NCBI GenBank assembly: GCA_037388885.1
Contig: JARRJS010000038.1
Location: forward strand, 5,515-69,514
Direction of reading: 5' to 3'
DNA: 64,000 nucleotides
Origin: Gemmatimonadota bacterium
GTDB taxonomy: Bacteria; Gemmatimonadota; Gemmatimonadetes; Longimicrobiales; RSA9
The first letter of the stretch is position 1, and the number at the start of each line of letters is the position of its first letter. Below the pieces are notes generated by a model. It saw nothing but the letters and a program-made list of their open reading frames with translations, searched no databases and was not told the origin of the DNA. Below, piece after piece: positions 1 through 9,704 of the stretch. A program made the position numbers and the translations under genes.

Positions 1-96
1 GTCGCCGCGCCGATCCTGTTCCTGTGCTCGACACTGGCGCGGCACATCACCGGCGAGATCCTGAACGTGAACGGAGGGGCGATCCTCTGTGGCTGA
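1..96 (+). CDS. SDR-family oxidoreductase (FabG-like), C-terminal fragment running off the window edge
   Basis: Frame 1 reads VAAPILFLCSTLARHITGEILNVNGGAILCG*, the typical SDR C-terminus (FLxS...ITGxxLxVxGG). TGA at 94-96 overlaps the nadE start. Confidence 0.8.
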   Translation, partial: VAAPILFLCSTLARHITGEILNVNGGAILCG

Positions 97-904
97 GGCG
101 GACGAGCTGAGACAGGCGTTGCGCGATCCGTTGCTCCTGGAACGGGAGCTCACCGACTGGATCCGTGCGCAGGTCCGGCAGGCCGGCCTGGACGGGGTCG
201 TGTTCGGGCTCTCCGGCGGCATCGACAGCGCCACGGTGTGCGGCCTGGCGGCGCGGGCCCTGGGTCCCGATCACTGCCTCGGTCTGATCATGCCCATCGG
301 CTCCGACCCCCACGACGAAGCCCTGGCGGTCGAGGTGGCTCGCCGGTTCGGCGTGCCCACGGTACACATCGCATTGGAATCCGCCTTCGACGCTGTGCTT
401 TCCACCCTGGAAGCCGGACGTTCCAGCGCCGGCGGCAACGCGGTCCAGACTCCTCCCGAAGACGACGATGCCGCCCACCTCGCCCGGGCCAATGTGAAGC
501 CCCGGCTGCGCATGCTCACACTCTATTACCACGCGAATCTGCGGAATCGGCTGGTGCTGGGGACGGGCAACCGGGACGAGTTCGCCGTTGGCTACTTCAC
601 CAAGCACGGCGATGGCGCGGCAGACGCCTTCCCGCTGGCGGACCTGCTGAAGACCGAGGTGCGGAGCCTGGCCCGGCACCTGGGCGTGCCGGGTGAAGTG
701 GTGGAGCGGGAGCCGTCGGCCGGTTTGTGGGCCGGCCAGACGGACGAAGCGGAGCTGGGCGTCACCTACGAGCAGCTGGACCGGTACCTCGCCACCGGTA
801 CGTCGGGCGACCCGTCGACGGACGCCGCCATCCGGGGTCGCCACGAGTCGGCCCGCCACAAGACGACGCCGGCGCCCATCGCGCGGCCGGACTCCGACGC
901 ATGA
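89..904 (+). CDS. nadE: NH3-dependent NAD+ synthetase (no glutaminase domain)
   Basis: GLSGGIDS PP-loop, ANVKPRLRM, GTGNRDE, GYFTKHGDG, PSAGLW and TDEAELG motifs. Confidence 0.95.
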   Translation: MAEADELRQALRDPLLLERELTDWIRAQVRQAGLDGVVFGLSGGIDSATVCGLAARALGPDHCLGLIMPIGSDPHDEALAVEVARRFGVPTVHIALESAFDAVLSTLEAGRSSAGGNAVQTPPEDDDAAHLARANVKPRLRMLTLYYHANLRNRLVLGTGNRDEFAVGYFTKHGDGAADAFPLADLLKTEVRSLARHLGVPGEVVEREPSAGLWAGQTDEAELGVTYEQLDRYLATGTSGDPSTDAAIRGRHESARHKTTPAPIARPDSDA

Positions 905-2247
905 ATGTGGACGCGCTGGAACGGGCGGTGCCGGCGCCGGTGCGCCGGATCGCCCGGCGATTGGAGGACGCAGGCCACGAAGCGTGGGCGGTGGGCGGTG
1001 CGGTTCGCGACGTGCTGCTAGACCTTCCGGCGGGCGACTGGGACCTGGCGACCGGCGCACGGCCGGACGAGGTGCAGCGCCTGTTCCGGCGGACGGTGCC
1101 CATCGGCGTCGAGCACGGCACGGTGGGCGTGCTGGAGCGGGGTGTGCTGTACGAGGTGACCACGTTCCGGCGCGACGTCGAGACGTTCGGCCGACACGCC
1201 GTGGTGGAGTTTGCCGACAGCATCAACGAAGACCTCTCCCGGCGGGACTTCACCTGCAATGCCCTCGCCTGGCGTCCGGCCACCGGCGAGCTGCGGGACC
1301 CGTTCCACGGCCTTGAGGACCTGCACGAGGGCCGCCTGTCCACGGTGGGCGAAGCCGCGGACCGGTTCGCGGAGGACTATCTGCGCATTCTGCGGGCGCT
1401 GCGCTTCGCGGGTCATTTCGAGCTTCACATCACGCCCGGCACCTGGAGTGCATTGTGCGCGGCCGTGGAGGAGTTGCGGTCGCTCTCGGCGGAACGCGTG
1501 CGCGAAGAGCTCTGGAAGGTGCTGGGTCGCACATGGCGCGCTTCCCGCACGCTGCGCCTCTACGGCGACGCCGGCGTGCTGGGTGTCCTCTATCCCGAGC
1601 TGGTGCCGGTGCGTGGGCTCGACGAGCGGGATGACGTGCGGCCGTGGGACCGGTCGCTGAGAGCGGTCGATGCGCTGCCGCCCCGGCGCACCCTGCTCCG
1701 AGCGGCCGCGTTGCTCCACGCCCTGGGCATGCCGTCGGCACGCACACGCGATCTGCGCGGCGGCTGGCGCTACACCGGCCACGAGGTGTTGGGCGCACGG
1801 CTCGCCGGCGAGGTCATGGTACGGCTGAAGGCGTCCAACGCGGACACGGAGCGCCTGACGCGGCTCGTGCGCCACCAGCGAGACCTGTTCCCGCCGGACA
1901 CGCTGGAGGCAGGCGTCCGTCGCTGGCTGCGTCACGTGGGCGCCGACCTCGCCCACGACCTGTTTCGCCTGCGGTTCGCACTCTGGCGCGGCGTCGAGAC
2001 GGAGGACCAGCCGGCGGACCTGCTGGAGCGTTGGCGCATGGCCCACGCCGTGCTGTGCAGCCGGCCCGTGCTGGGCGTGACCGACCTGGCCATCGACGGC
2101 CATGATCTGCGGGCGCTGGGCCTCGAACCCGGCCCGCGCTTCGGCGAGATCCTGGCAGAGCTGCTGGAGCGTGTCACGGACGAGCCCGCTCTGAACGAGC
2201 GTGCCACGCTGCTGGAGCTGGTGCTCGCCGAGTTGACCCGATCGTGA
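901..2247 (+). CDS. cca: CCA tRNA nucleotidyltransferase (class II)
   Basis: VGGAVRD, DWDLAT, EDLSRRDFTCNA and EDYLRILRALRF motifs. ATG at 901 overlaps the nadE stop (ATGA). Confidence 0.9.
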   Translation: MNVDALERAVPAPVRRIARRLEDAGHEAWAVGGAVRDVLLDLPAGDWDLATGARPDEVQRLFRRTVPIGVEHGTVGVLERGVLYEVTTFRRDVETFGRHAVVEFADSINEDLSRRDFTCNALAWRPATGELRDPFHGLEDLHEGRLSTVGEAADRFAEDYLRILRALRFAGHFELHITPGTWSALCAAVEELRSLSAERVREELWKVLGRTWRASRTLRLYGDAGVLGVLYPELVPVRGLDERDDVRPWDRSLRAVDALPPRRTLLRAAALLHALGMPSARTRDLRGGWRYTGHEVLGARLAGEVMVRLKASNADTERLTRLVRHQRDLFPPDTLEAGVRRWLRHVGADLAHDLFRLRFALWRGVETEDQPADLLERWRMAHAVLCSRPVLGVTDLAIDGHDLRALGLEPGPRFGEILAELLERVTDEPALNERATLLELVLAELTRS

Positions 2248-2257
2248 GCGAGAGCCG

Positions 2258-3667
2258 GTGAGCGAGCTGGACCTGTTCGGGCATGAAGCGGACGGCCGGT
2301 CCGGACCGGGGGAGCCGGGTGCCGACGCGCCGCTGGCGGCGCGTATGCGGCCGCACACGCTGGACGATTTCGTCGGGCAGGAGCACCTGCTGGCCCCGGG
2401 CAAGGCCATGCGGCAGCTGATCGAGAAGGACGAGGTCGGCAGCCTGATCCTGTGGGGTCCACCGGGGACCGGCAAGACGACGCTGGCCCATATCATCGCG
2501 GAGCGCACGCAGTCGGTGTTCGTGCCGTTCAGCGCGGTGACGGAGGGCGTGCCGCGGGTCCGGGAGATCATCAAGCAGGCCGCGGTGCGCAATCGTGCGG
2601 GTGGACGCCACACCATCCTCTTCTGCGACGAGATCCACCGCTTCAACAAGGCCCAGCAGGACGCCTTCCTGCCCCACGTGGAAGCGGGCACCATCTCGCT
2701 CATCGGGGCCACCACCGAGAACCCGTCTTTCGAGGTCATCGGGCCCCTGCTCAGCCGGTCCCGCGTGTTCGTGCTGGAACCGCTGCGGCCGGAGGACCTG
2801 GCGAAGATCGTGCAGCGCGCGCTGGAAGACCGGGAGCGGGGCCTCGGCGCGCTGGAGGTCAGCCTGGACGACGATGCGCGGCACGCTCTTGCCATCGAAG
2901 CCGACGGCGATGCGCGGCGGGCATTGAACGCGCTGGAGGCTGCAGCCGCCCTGGCCGGGGCGGGCGGCATCATCACGGTCGACCACGTGCGCGAGGCCTT
3001 GCAGCGCAGGTTCGCCCACTACGACAAGGGTGGGGAAGAGCACTACAACCTGATCTCGGCCCTGCACAAGGCGGTGCGCGGCAGCGACCCGCATGGCGCG
3101 CTTTACTGGCTGGCTCGCATGCTGGACGGCGGGGAGGACCCGCTCTACGTCGCACGTCGCCTGGTGCGCATGGCCATCGAAGACATCGGCCTTGCGGACC
3201 CCGACGCGCTGCGCCTCGCCGTGGCCGCGCGCGACGCGTACCACTTCCTCGGGTCGCCGGAGGGCGAGCTGGCGCTCGCGGAAGCGGCTGTGTACCTGGC
3301 CACCGCACCTAAGTCGAACCGGGTGTACGTGGCGCTGGGGCGGGCCATGAGTGCTGCGAAGGAAACGCCGGCGGCGCCGGTGCCGCTCCACATCCGGAAC
3401 GCGCCCACGAAACTCATGAAGGAGCTCGGCTACGGACGGGATTACCACTACGCGTTCGAGTCGGAACAGCACTACATCCCGCAGGAGTATCTTCCCGACG
3501 CCGTGCGCGGGCAGCACTACTACGAGCCGAGCCGGTTCGGCTTCGAGAAACGCATCGCCGAGCGCATGGAATGGTGGGACGCCCGGCGTCGTGAAGCCGA
3601 CGGCACGTCGGAGCCGTCCGGGGAGTATAAGCACTCAGACAATCAGCCGGAGGAGAACGGGACGTGA
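2258..3667 (+). CDS. rarA: Replication-associated recombination protein A (RarA/MgsA AAA+ ATPase)
   Basis: PLAARMRP, GPPGTGKTT, DEIHRFNKAQQD, GATTENP, ISALHKAVRGSD, EDIGLADP and PLHIRNAPT motifs. Confidence 0.96.
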   Translation: MSELDLFGHEADGRSGPGEPGADAPLAARMRPHTLDDFVGQEHLLAPGKAMRQLIEKDEVGSLILWGPPGTGKTTLAHIIAERTQSVFVPFSAVTEGVPRVREIIKQAAVRNRAGGRHTILFCDEIHRFNKAQQDAFLPHVEAGTISLIGATTENPSFEVIGPLLSRSRVFVLEPLRPEDLAKIVQRALEDRERGLGALEVSLDDDARHALAIEADGDARRALNALEAAAALAGAGGIITVDHVREALQRRFAHYDKGGEEHYNLISALHKAVRGSDPHGALYWLARMLDGGEDPLYVARRLVRMAIEDIGLADPDALRLAVAARDAYHFLGSPEGELALAEAAVYLATAPKSNRVYVALGRAMSAAKETPAAPVPLHIRNAPTKLMKELGYGRDYHYAFESEQHYIPQEYLPDAVRGQHYYEPSRFGFEKRIAERMEWWDARRREADGTSEPSGEYKHSDNQPEENGT

Positions 3668-4155
3668 TGCGGGGCAAGATCGGAGTGGCGGGAACGCGCG
3701 TGGTGGTGACACTGTTCGTGGCCGGGCTGGCGGCATGCGTGCCGACGCTGCGCCGACCGGAGGTGCGGCTGGTGAGCGTGCATATCACCAGCCTCGGGTT
3801 GACGGGGGGCAACGTCCAGGTCCGGCTGCGGGTATACAACCCGAACGCGTTTGCCCTCGACGCCCAGGGCTTGAGCTACAACGTGGACCTGGCCGAAGAC
3901 TCGAGCGGCGATGCCTGGATGAGCCTGGCACAGGGCACGTACGACCAGGCCGTCCGGGTCGAGGCCGAGGACAGCGCGCAGGTCGAGATTCCCGTCGAGG
4001 TCAGCTACAGCGGACTCGGGGGTGCCTTCCGTTCTCTGCTGCAGCGAGGCAACTTTGATTATCGGATTCGTGGCAGCGTGGACCTGAAAGGGCCGATCAG
4101 AAAGAAGATTCCATACAGTCACAAGGGCATCGTGTCCATGAGTGGCGCCAGCTGA
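3664..4155 (+). CDS. LEA type 2 / WHy domain lipoprotein
   Basis: Lipobox LAAC, the VYNPNAF motif of the WHy domain, and a beta-rich body. Confidence 0.85.
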   Translation: MMRGKIGVAGTRVVVTLFVAGLAACVPTLRRPEVRLVSVHITSLGLTGGNVQVRLRVYNPNAFALDAQGLSYNVDLAEDSSGDAWMSLAQGTYDQAVRVEAEDSAQVEIPVEVSYSGLGGAFRSLLQRGNFDYRIRGSVDLKGPIRKKIPYSHKGIVSMSGAS

Positions 4156-4240
4156 TCGTGGGCACGTTCGCCGGCTGCACTTGTTGGCCGTGGCGTCCGG
4201 CGTCCAGGGAGAACAACGGAACGAGAAACAGGAGAAGCCC

Positions 4241-5539
4241 ATCAATCGCACAATCGAAGTAGAACAGCCGCAGGATCGAGCCGTCCTGGTGGGGGCACCC
4301 ACACGCGACGTATCCCCCGGGGCGGCGGATGAGCACCTTGAGGAGTTGCAGCGCCTGGCGGATACGGCAGGCGCCGCCGTGACCGACGTGCTCAGGCAGC
4401 GTCTGGAGACGCCGCATCCCAAGTACTTCATCGGGGAAGGGAAGGCGCGCGAGCTGAAAGAGACCGTGCACGCGGCCGGCGCCGATGTCGTCATCTTCGA
4501 CGAAGACCTGTCGCCCGCGCAGGGCAAGAACCTGGAAGACCTGCTCGGCGTCCGCGTCATGGACAGGACCGAGCTCATCCTGGACATCTTCGCCACCCGC
4601 GCCCGGACCAACGAGGCGCAGATGCAGGTGGAGCTGGCGCAGCTGGAATACCTGCTGCCACGTCTGAAGCGCATGTGGACCCACCTTTCGCGCATTCGCG
4701 GCGGCATCGGTCTGCGGGGCCCCGGTGAGACCCAGCTCGAGACCGACCGGCGCATTATCAGCCGCCGCATCTCCGACCTGCGCGACAAGCTGGAAGTGGT
4801 CGCGCAGCGGCGGGCGACACAGAGAAAGGGCCGGTCCAGCGAATTCCAGGCGGCACTGGTGGGCTACACGAATGCCGGAAAGTCCTCCATCCTGCGCACA
4901 TTGTCCGGCTCGCACCTGTTCGTCGAGAACCGGCTGTTCGCCACGCTGGACCCGGCGACCCGCCAGGTCCATCTGCCCATGGGTGCCAAGGTGCTGGTGA
5001 GCGACACGGTCGGCTTCATCCGCAAGCTGCCCCACGACCTGGTGGCTTCCTTCCGAGCCACGCTGGAGGAGGCGTTGGGAGCGGACGTGCTCTTGCACGT
5101 GATCGACGCCTCGCACCCGGGGTGGGAGGAACAGAAGCAGGTCGTGGAGGAAGTGTTGAACGAGATCGGCCTTGGTCACCGGCCCGTCGTGCTGGTGTTC
5201 AACAAGGTCGACCAGCTCACCCACTCCGAGGAAGCGGCGCTACGCGTGCGGGTACGTGCCCTGTTCTCGACGCCATCCGTGTTCGTTTCCGCGATGGAGG
5301 AAAACGGTATGGACGAGCTGCTGGCCCGCTTGGAGGAGGAGGTGCGGGCCCAGCGGCCAGAGGTCCACGTGGTGATCCCCGCGGCCGATGGCGAGGCACT
5401 GGCAACGGTGTATCGGGAGGGGGAAGTGATCCACCAGGAACAGCGGGACACGGTCATCGATCTGTTCGCACGGCTCCCACGCCCCATCCTGGGGCGGTTG
5501 CAGCAACGCGGCGGCGTCGTGATCCACGGGGCGGCGTGA
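4241..5539 (+). CDS. hflX: GTPase HflX (start uncertain: ATC at 4241 behind an AGGAG RBS, or GTG at 4142)
   Basis: DRTELILDIFA, QVELAQLEY, RGPGETQLETDRR, VGYTNAGKS, LFATLD, DTVGF and NKVD motifs. Confidence 0.95.
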   Translation: MNRTIEVEQPQDRAVLVGAPTRDVSPGAADEHLEELQRLADTAGAAVTDVLRQRLETPHPKYFIGEGKARELKETVHAAGADVVIFDEDLSPAQGKNLEDLLGVRVMDRTELILDIFATRARTNEAQMQVELAQLEYLLPRLKRMWTHLSRIRGGIGLRGPGETQLETDRRIISRRISDLRDKLEVVAQRRATQRKGRSSEFQAALVGYTNAGKSSILRTLSGSHLFVENRLFATLDPATRQVHLPMGAKVLVSDTVGFIRKLPHDLVASFRATLEEALGADVLLHVIDASHPGWEEQKQVVEEVLNEIGLGHRPVVLVFNKVDQLTHSEEAALRVRVRALFSTPSVFVSAMEENGMDELLARLEEEVRAQRPEVHVVIPAADGEALATVYREGEVIHQEQRDTVIDLFARLPRPILGRLQQRGGVVIHGAA

Positions 5540-6399
5540 GCGAGCGGGTCGTCATTGTCGGCCCGGGCCGCATGGGCCTCGCTCTCGGGGCCGCGCTCGT
5601 GCGCAGCGGCGCTGTCGAATGGTTGATCTACCAGGGCCGTGGACCGGAAGCGCCACCGCATCCACTCTTCGATGGCGGGGCACAATACGTCCTCGGACCA
5701 ACAACCGTGCCCGAGGACGCGTCCATGCTCCTGCTGGCCGTTCCGGACGACGCGCTGCCCGAGGTGGCGCACCTGATGGCACGAGCCGGCCGCGCGCCGC
5801 GCGGCTGTTCGGCGTTCCACCTGTCGGGCGCCCTGTCCACCGACCTGCTGGCGCCGCTGCACGAAGCCGGCTACGCCGTCGGCTCCATCCACCCCCTGCA
5901 GACGGTGGCGGACGCCTGGTCCGGCGCCGACCGGATGGCGGGCGCGTCCTTCGCCATCGCCGGTGAGCCGCTGGCCATGACCGCCGCACGGCGGCTCGTT
6001 GATGCCGTGGGTGGCCGGGCCATCGTCGTACCGCCTACGCTCCGGCCGCTCTATCATGCGGCGGCCGTGTTCGCGTCCAACTACCTGGTAGCCGTGACCG
6101 GCGTGGTCGTCGAGATGTTTCGCCAGGCGGGAGTCCGGGAAAACGACGCGGTGGCGGCCATTCTGCCCCTCATGCGCGGAACGCTCGAGAATCTGGAGGA
6201 CCTCGGCCTCTCGGCGTCTCTGACCGGGCCCGTGGCCCGAGGCGACGTGGACACGGTGCGCCTTCATCTGTCGCGGTTGTCCGGTACGGAGCGCGCACTA
6301 TATTGCGCCCTGGGGCTGGTCACGCTGCGTCTGGCCAGGGCCGCCGGCCTGGACGAGGAACGGGCGGCCGACCTGGAATCGTTGTTGTCAACCGGCTGA
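5536..6399 (+). CDS. Rossmann-like + DUF2520 domain protein (PanG-like oxidoreductase)
   Basis: GPGRMG Rossmann motif, plus LAVPDD, HLSG, HPLQT, YHAAAVFASN and LTGPVARGD. GTG overlaps the hflX stop. Confidence 0.88.
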   Translation: MSERVVIVGPGRMGLALGAALVRSGAVEWLIYQGRGPEAPPHPLFDGGAQYVLGPTTVPEDASMLLLAVPDDALPEVAHLMARAGRAPRGCSAFHLSGALSTDLLAPLHEAGYAVGSIHPLQTVADAWSGADRMAGASFAIAGEPLAMTAARRLVDAVGGRAIVVPPTLRPLYHAAAVFASNYLVAVTGVVVEMFRQAGVRENDAVAAILPLMRGTLENLEDLGLSASLTGPVARGDVDTVRLHLSRLSGTERALYCALGLVTLRLARAAGLDEERAADLESLLSTG

Positions 6400-7145
6400 T
6401 GCGTCTCCATATCAACATCGACCACGTCGCTACGGTTCGGCAGGCTCGCCGCACGGACGAGCCGGACCCGGTGCGTGCTGCCGTGCTGGCGGAGCTGGGT
6501 GGCGCCGATGGCATCACGGTGCATCTGCGCGAGGATCGACGTCATATCCAGGAGCGTGATGTTCGCCTGCTGGCGGCCACCGTGCGTACCGGCGTGAACC
6601 TGGAGCTGGCGGCGGTGGAAGACGTCCTGGCTGTGGCCACCGAGCTGCGCCCCATGGAGGCGACGCTCGTGCCCGAGAAGCGGGAAGAGGTGACGACGGA
6701 AGGCGGGTTGGCGCTGATACAGCCAGGCGACCGCGCTCGCATCGGGGATGCAGTCGCTCGGCTGAAGGACGCCGGCATCCGCACATCGCTGTTCATCGAT
6801 CCGGAGCCGGAAGCACTGCATGCCGCCGTGGAGCTGGGTGCGGATGCCATCGAGCTGCATACCGGCGAGTTCGCGGAACGGTGGAAGGTCCGACAGGACG
6901 TCGGCGAGCAGGTGGCGCGGTTACGACGGGCGGCGGCGCTTGGCGTTTCCCTGGATCTGGACGTTCACGCGGGACACGGGCTCACGTACGAGAACGTCGC
7001 CCTCATCGCAGCCCTGCAGGACGTTCAGGAGTTGAACATCGGGCACACCGTGATCAGCCGGGCCCTGTTCGTGGGGATGGAGGAGGCGGTGCGGGAGATG
7101 GTGCGGCGGATCCGTGAGGCTCGCTCCAAGGTTGAAGGAGGGTAA
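6399..7145 (+). CDS. pdxJ: Pyridoxine 5'-phosphate synthase
   Basis: NIDHVATVRQAR, GITVHLREDRRHI, TTEGG, ELHTG, HAGHGL and ELNIGH motifs. ATG overlaps the upstream TGA. Confidence 0.97.
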   Translation: MRLHINIDHVATVRQARRTDEPDPVRAAVLAELGGADGITVHLREDRRHIQERDVRLLAATVRTGVNLELAAVEDVLAVATELRPMEATLVPEKREEVTTEGGLALIQPGDRARIGDAVARLKDAGIRTSLFIDPEPEALHAAVELGADAIELHTGEFAERWKVRQDVGEQVARLRRAAALGVSLDLDVHAGHGLTYENVALIAALQDVQELNIGHTVISRALFVGMEEAVREMVRRIREARSKVEGG

Positions 7146-7148
7146 ACA

Positions 7149-7631
7149 GTGTCGCACCTGTTCGCGTTCTTCCGGGAGGAGGCAGCGGAACAGCTGTCCG
7201 GCATGCGAGCCAGCCTGCTGGATGGCGATGCGGAGGAGTTGTACCGGCAGGCGCGGGTGTTGCGCGGCAGTGCGCAGCTGGCTCGCCAGGAGGTCGTTCG
7301 GCAGCTGGCGGCCCGGATCGAAGCGACGGCGCAGCGGCTGGCGCACGGGGAGCTCCACTGGGATGCCGGCGTGCGCGCAGAGCTGAGCGACGCGACGGCC
7401 GAGCTCGAGCGCCGGGTCGGCAACGCACGGGAACAGCAGGATACGATGCAATCGGAGGATGACGTGGCGGAGCAGGAGGTGGTTCCCATCACCAAGTTGT
7501 CGTACGCGGGCGACCGGGCGCTGGATCGCGCCGTGGAGCTGCGTGCGCGGCTGGAGCAGCATGTCGCCGATCCCGATGGCGTCGAGCTGCTGGCTGAGCT
7601 GTACGACCTGATCGAGCTCGGCAGGACGTGA
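7149..7631 (+). CDS. HPt-like helical protein lacking the phosphoacceptor His
   Basis: FFREEAAEQL...LYRQARVLRGSA resembles the HPt consensus FxxEAxExL...HxLKGSA. RBS AAGGAGG upstream. Confidence 0.65.
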   Translation: MSHLFAFFREEAAEQLSGMRASLLDGDAEELYRQARVLRGSAQLARQEVVRQLAARIEATAQRLAHGELHWDAGVRAELSDATAELERRVGNAREQQDTMQSEDDVAEQEVVPITKLSYAGDRALDRAVELRARLEQHVADPDGVELLAELYDLIELGRT

Positions 7632-8704
7632 ACGAAACGACGGGCGCGCCGCAGGCCCGCGGTCCGGTCGGCGCTCGATTCGATTGGAAGGCCGTGCTTG
7701 GCGTGCTCGTCAGCATCGGCCTTCTGTATTACGCGTTGCGGGGTGTCGACTTCCACGATGTCGCCGGGCGGGTCTTGCTCGCCCATCCCCTCCTGCTCCT
7801 GGTGGCCGTAACCGTCAACTTCCTGGCGTTTCCCTTGCGCGCACTCCGCTGGCGGGCCCTGCTGGAGCCGGTGCGCGTGACAGGCTTCGGGAACCGGTTC
7901 GCCGCCACGTGCGTGGGCTTCATGGCCAACAACCTGCTGCCGGCCAGAGTCGGCGAGTTCGCCCGCGCCTACGCCCTGTCTCGCCTCGAGCCGGTGCGCA
8001 TGACGGCGTCCTTCGGATCTCTCGTTGTGGAACGGCTCTTCGACATCATCGTCGTCGTGGCCTCGCTGCTCCTCGCCATGACGCTGCCCGGCTTCCCCGC
8101 CATGAACGCCGCCATGCCGGAGGTGTGGCGCGCAGCCGAAACCATCCTCGCGCTGTTCGCCATCGGCTTCGTGGTCGTGCTGGTGATGGTCACGTGGCCC
8201 GAACGTTCGGTAGCGGTTTTCGAGACGGTTGCGCGGCGGACCTTGCCACACGCCGTGCGCCGCAAAGTCATCGACCTGCTGGAAGGCTTTCTCCAGGGGC
8301 TGACGGCCGTGCGGCAGCCGATCCTGGTCATCCGCATCGCTGTGTGGTCTGCGGCGGTCTGGGGCGTGAACGCCCTTTCCTTCTGGATCGGCTTCCACGC
8401 GTTCGGCATCGACGTGCCGTTCAGCGGTGCTCTGTTCCTCCAATCCATCATCGCGCTCGCCGTGTCGTTGCCGTCCGTTCCCGGGTTCTTCGGTATCTAC
8501 GAGGCCGCTGTGCGCGTCGGGCTGGTGGGCATCTGGGGTGTGGGGACTACGCCGGCCATCGCCTTCGCCCTCGGCTTCCACATCACCACGTTCATCCCCG
8601 TGACCCTGTTCGGTCTCTTCTACGTCTGGCGGCTCGGGCTCACGTGGTCGGAGGTTGGGCGGAGTGATGAGGCCGTAGATGAGGCGGTGGAGCGGAGCAC
8701 GTGA
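7628..8704 (+). CDS. Lysylphosphatidylglycerol synthase TM-domain / flippase-like membrane protein (UPF0104)
   Basis: RALRW, GFMANNLLPARVGEFAR, VVERLFD and PSVPGFFGIYE motifs; several TM segments. Confidence 0.9.
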   Translation: MNETTGAPQARGPVGARFDWKAVLGVLVSIGLLYYALRGVDFHDVAGRVLLAHPLLLLVAVTVNFLAFPLRALRWRALLEPVRVTGFGNRFAATCVGFMANNLLPARVGEFARAYALSRLEPVRMTASFGSLVVERLFDIIVVVASLLLAMTLPGFPAMNAAMPEVWRAAETILALFAIGFVVVLVMVTWPERSVAVFETVARRTLPHAVRRKVIDLLEGFLQGLTAVRQPILVIRIAVWSAAVWGVNALSFWIGFHAFGIDVPFSGALFLQSIIALAVSLPSVPGFFGIYEAAVRVGLVGIWGVGTTPAIAFALGFHITTFIPVTLFGLFYVWRLGLTWSEVGRSDEAVDEAVERST

Positions 8705-9570
8705 GCCAAGCGTCTTTGACGATGGAGGCTCCGGCGAAGATCAACCTGTGGCTTTCCGTGTTGGCCCGGGAAGCATCCGGGTATCACCAGATCGAGACCG
8801 TGTTCCACGCCCTGGACCTCGCGGACGAGTTGTCGGTCACGCTGGCGGACCGGGGATTCCAGCTCCGCGTGGAGGGTGGCGATGTCGGCCCTTCGGACGA
8901 CAACCTGGTTACCCGGGCGACGCGAGTTTTTCAGCAGAGATGCGGAGTCCCGGGTGGCGTGCAGTTTCGCCTGGTGAAGCGGATCCCTGCGGGCGCCGGC
9001 CTGGGCGGCGGTTCCAGCGATGCGGCCGCCGCACTGCTGGCCTTGAACACGCTGTGCCATGTGCCCCTCGTACGGGATGAGCTCATCGCGCTGGGTGCTA
9101 CCATCGGCAGCGATGTACCGTTCTTCCTGTGCGGCTCCGCCCATGCCCTTGCCTGGGGTCGCGGGCAGCGGCTTCTGCCCCTGCCACCCCTTCCGCAGCG
9201 CCCCGTTCTGCTCGTCGTGCCGCCCTTCGCCAGCCCGACGGCGGAAGCATATCGCCGTCTGTCCGACGTGGCCACGCGCCCGGCACCCGCCGGGGCGCTG
9301 AGCCACGCCGCACTCCTGCGCTGGGACGATGTGGCCGCCAGTGCCGGCAACGACTTCGAGCGCGTCGTACTTCCGGAACACCCGCCCCTGATGGCCGTTC
9401 GGGACGCGCTGAAAGCCGACGGTGCGGCGCCAGCACTCCTGACGGGCAGCGGGTCGGCCGTGTTCGGCGTCTTTCACGACGACGTCTCCCGCGAGCGCGC
9501 CGCGGCGGACATCGGTCGCGACTGGCCCGACTTCCAGCTCGTCCACACACGCACCGCAGGCGACTCATAA
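8701..9570 (+). CDS. ispE: 4-diphosphocytidyl-2-C-methyl-D-erythritol kinase
   Basis: APAKINL, KRIPAGAGLGGGSSDAAA, GSDVPFF, NDFE and TGSGS motifs. Confidence 0.96.
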   Translation: MSQASLTMEAPAKINLWLSVLAREASGYHQIETVFHALDLADELSVTLADRGFQLRVEGGDVGPSDDNLVTRATRVFQQRCGVPGGVQFRLVKRIPAGAGLGGGSSDAAAALLALNTLCHVPLVRDELIALGATIGSDVPFFLCGSAHALAWGRGQRLLPLPPLPQRPVLLVVPPFASPTAEAYRRLSDVATRPAPAGALSHAALLRWDDVAASAGNDFERVVLPEHPPLMAVRDALKADGAAPALLTGSGSAVFGVFHDDVSRERAAADIGRDWPDFQLVHTRTAGDS

Positions 9571-9582
9571 GACCGCCGCCGG

Positions 9583-9611
9583 TTGAAAGGCTTCGCTCCT
9601 CGGCGTAACTT
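9583..9611 (+). promoter_or_regulatory. sigma70-type promoter for tRNA-Gln
   Basis: TTGAAA-N17-TAACTT, 20 nt upstream of the tRNA. Confidence 0.65.
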
Positions 9612-9631
9612 CCCACGGCTTCCCGATACGG

Positions 9632-9704
9632 TCCCCCCTGGTGTAATCGGCAGTCACGCCGGCCTTTGGAGCCGGAAGTCCAGGTTCGAGCCCTGGGGGG
9701 GCCG
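9632..9704 (+). tRNA. tRNA-Gln (anticodon TTG)
   Basis: D arm TGGTGTAATCGGCAGTCACG; anticodon stem CCGGC/GCCGG with loop CT-TTG-GA; T arm CCAGG-TTCGAGC-CCTGG; usual position after ispE. The acceptor stem is imperfect at the top two pairs and no CCA is encoded. Confidence 0.9.
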
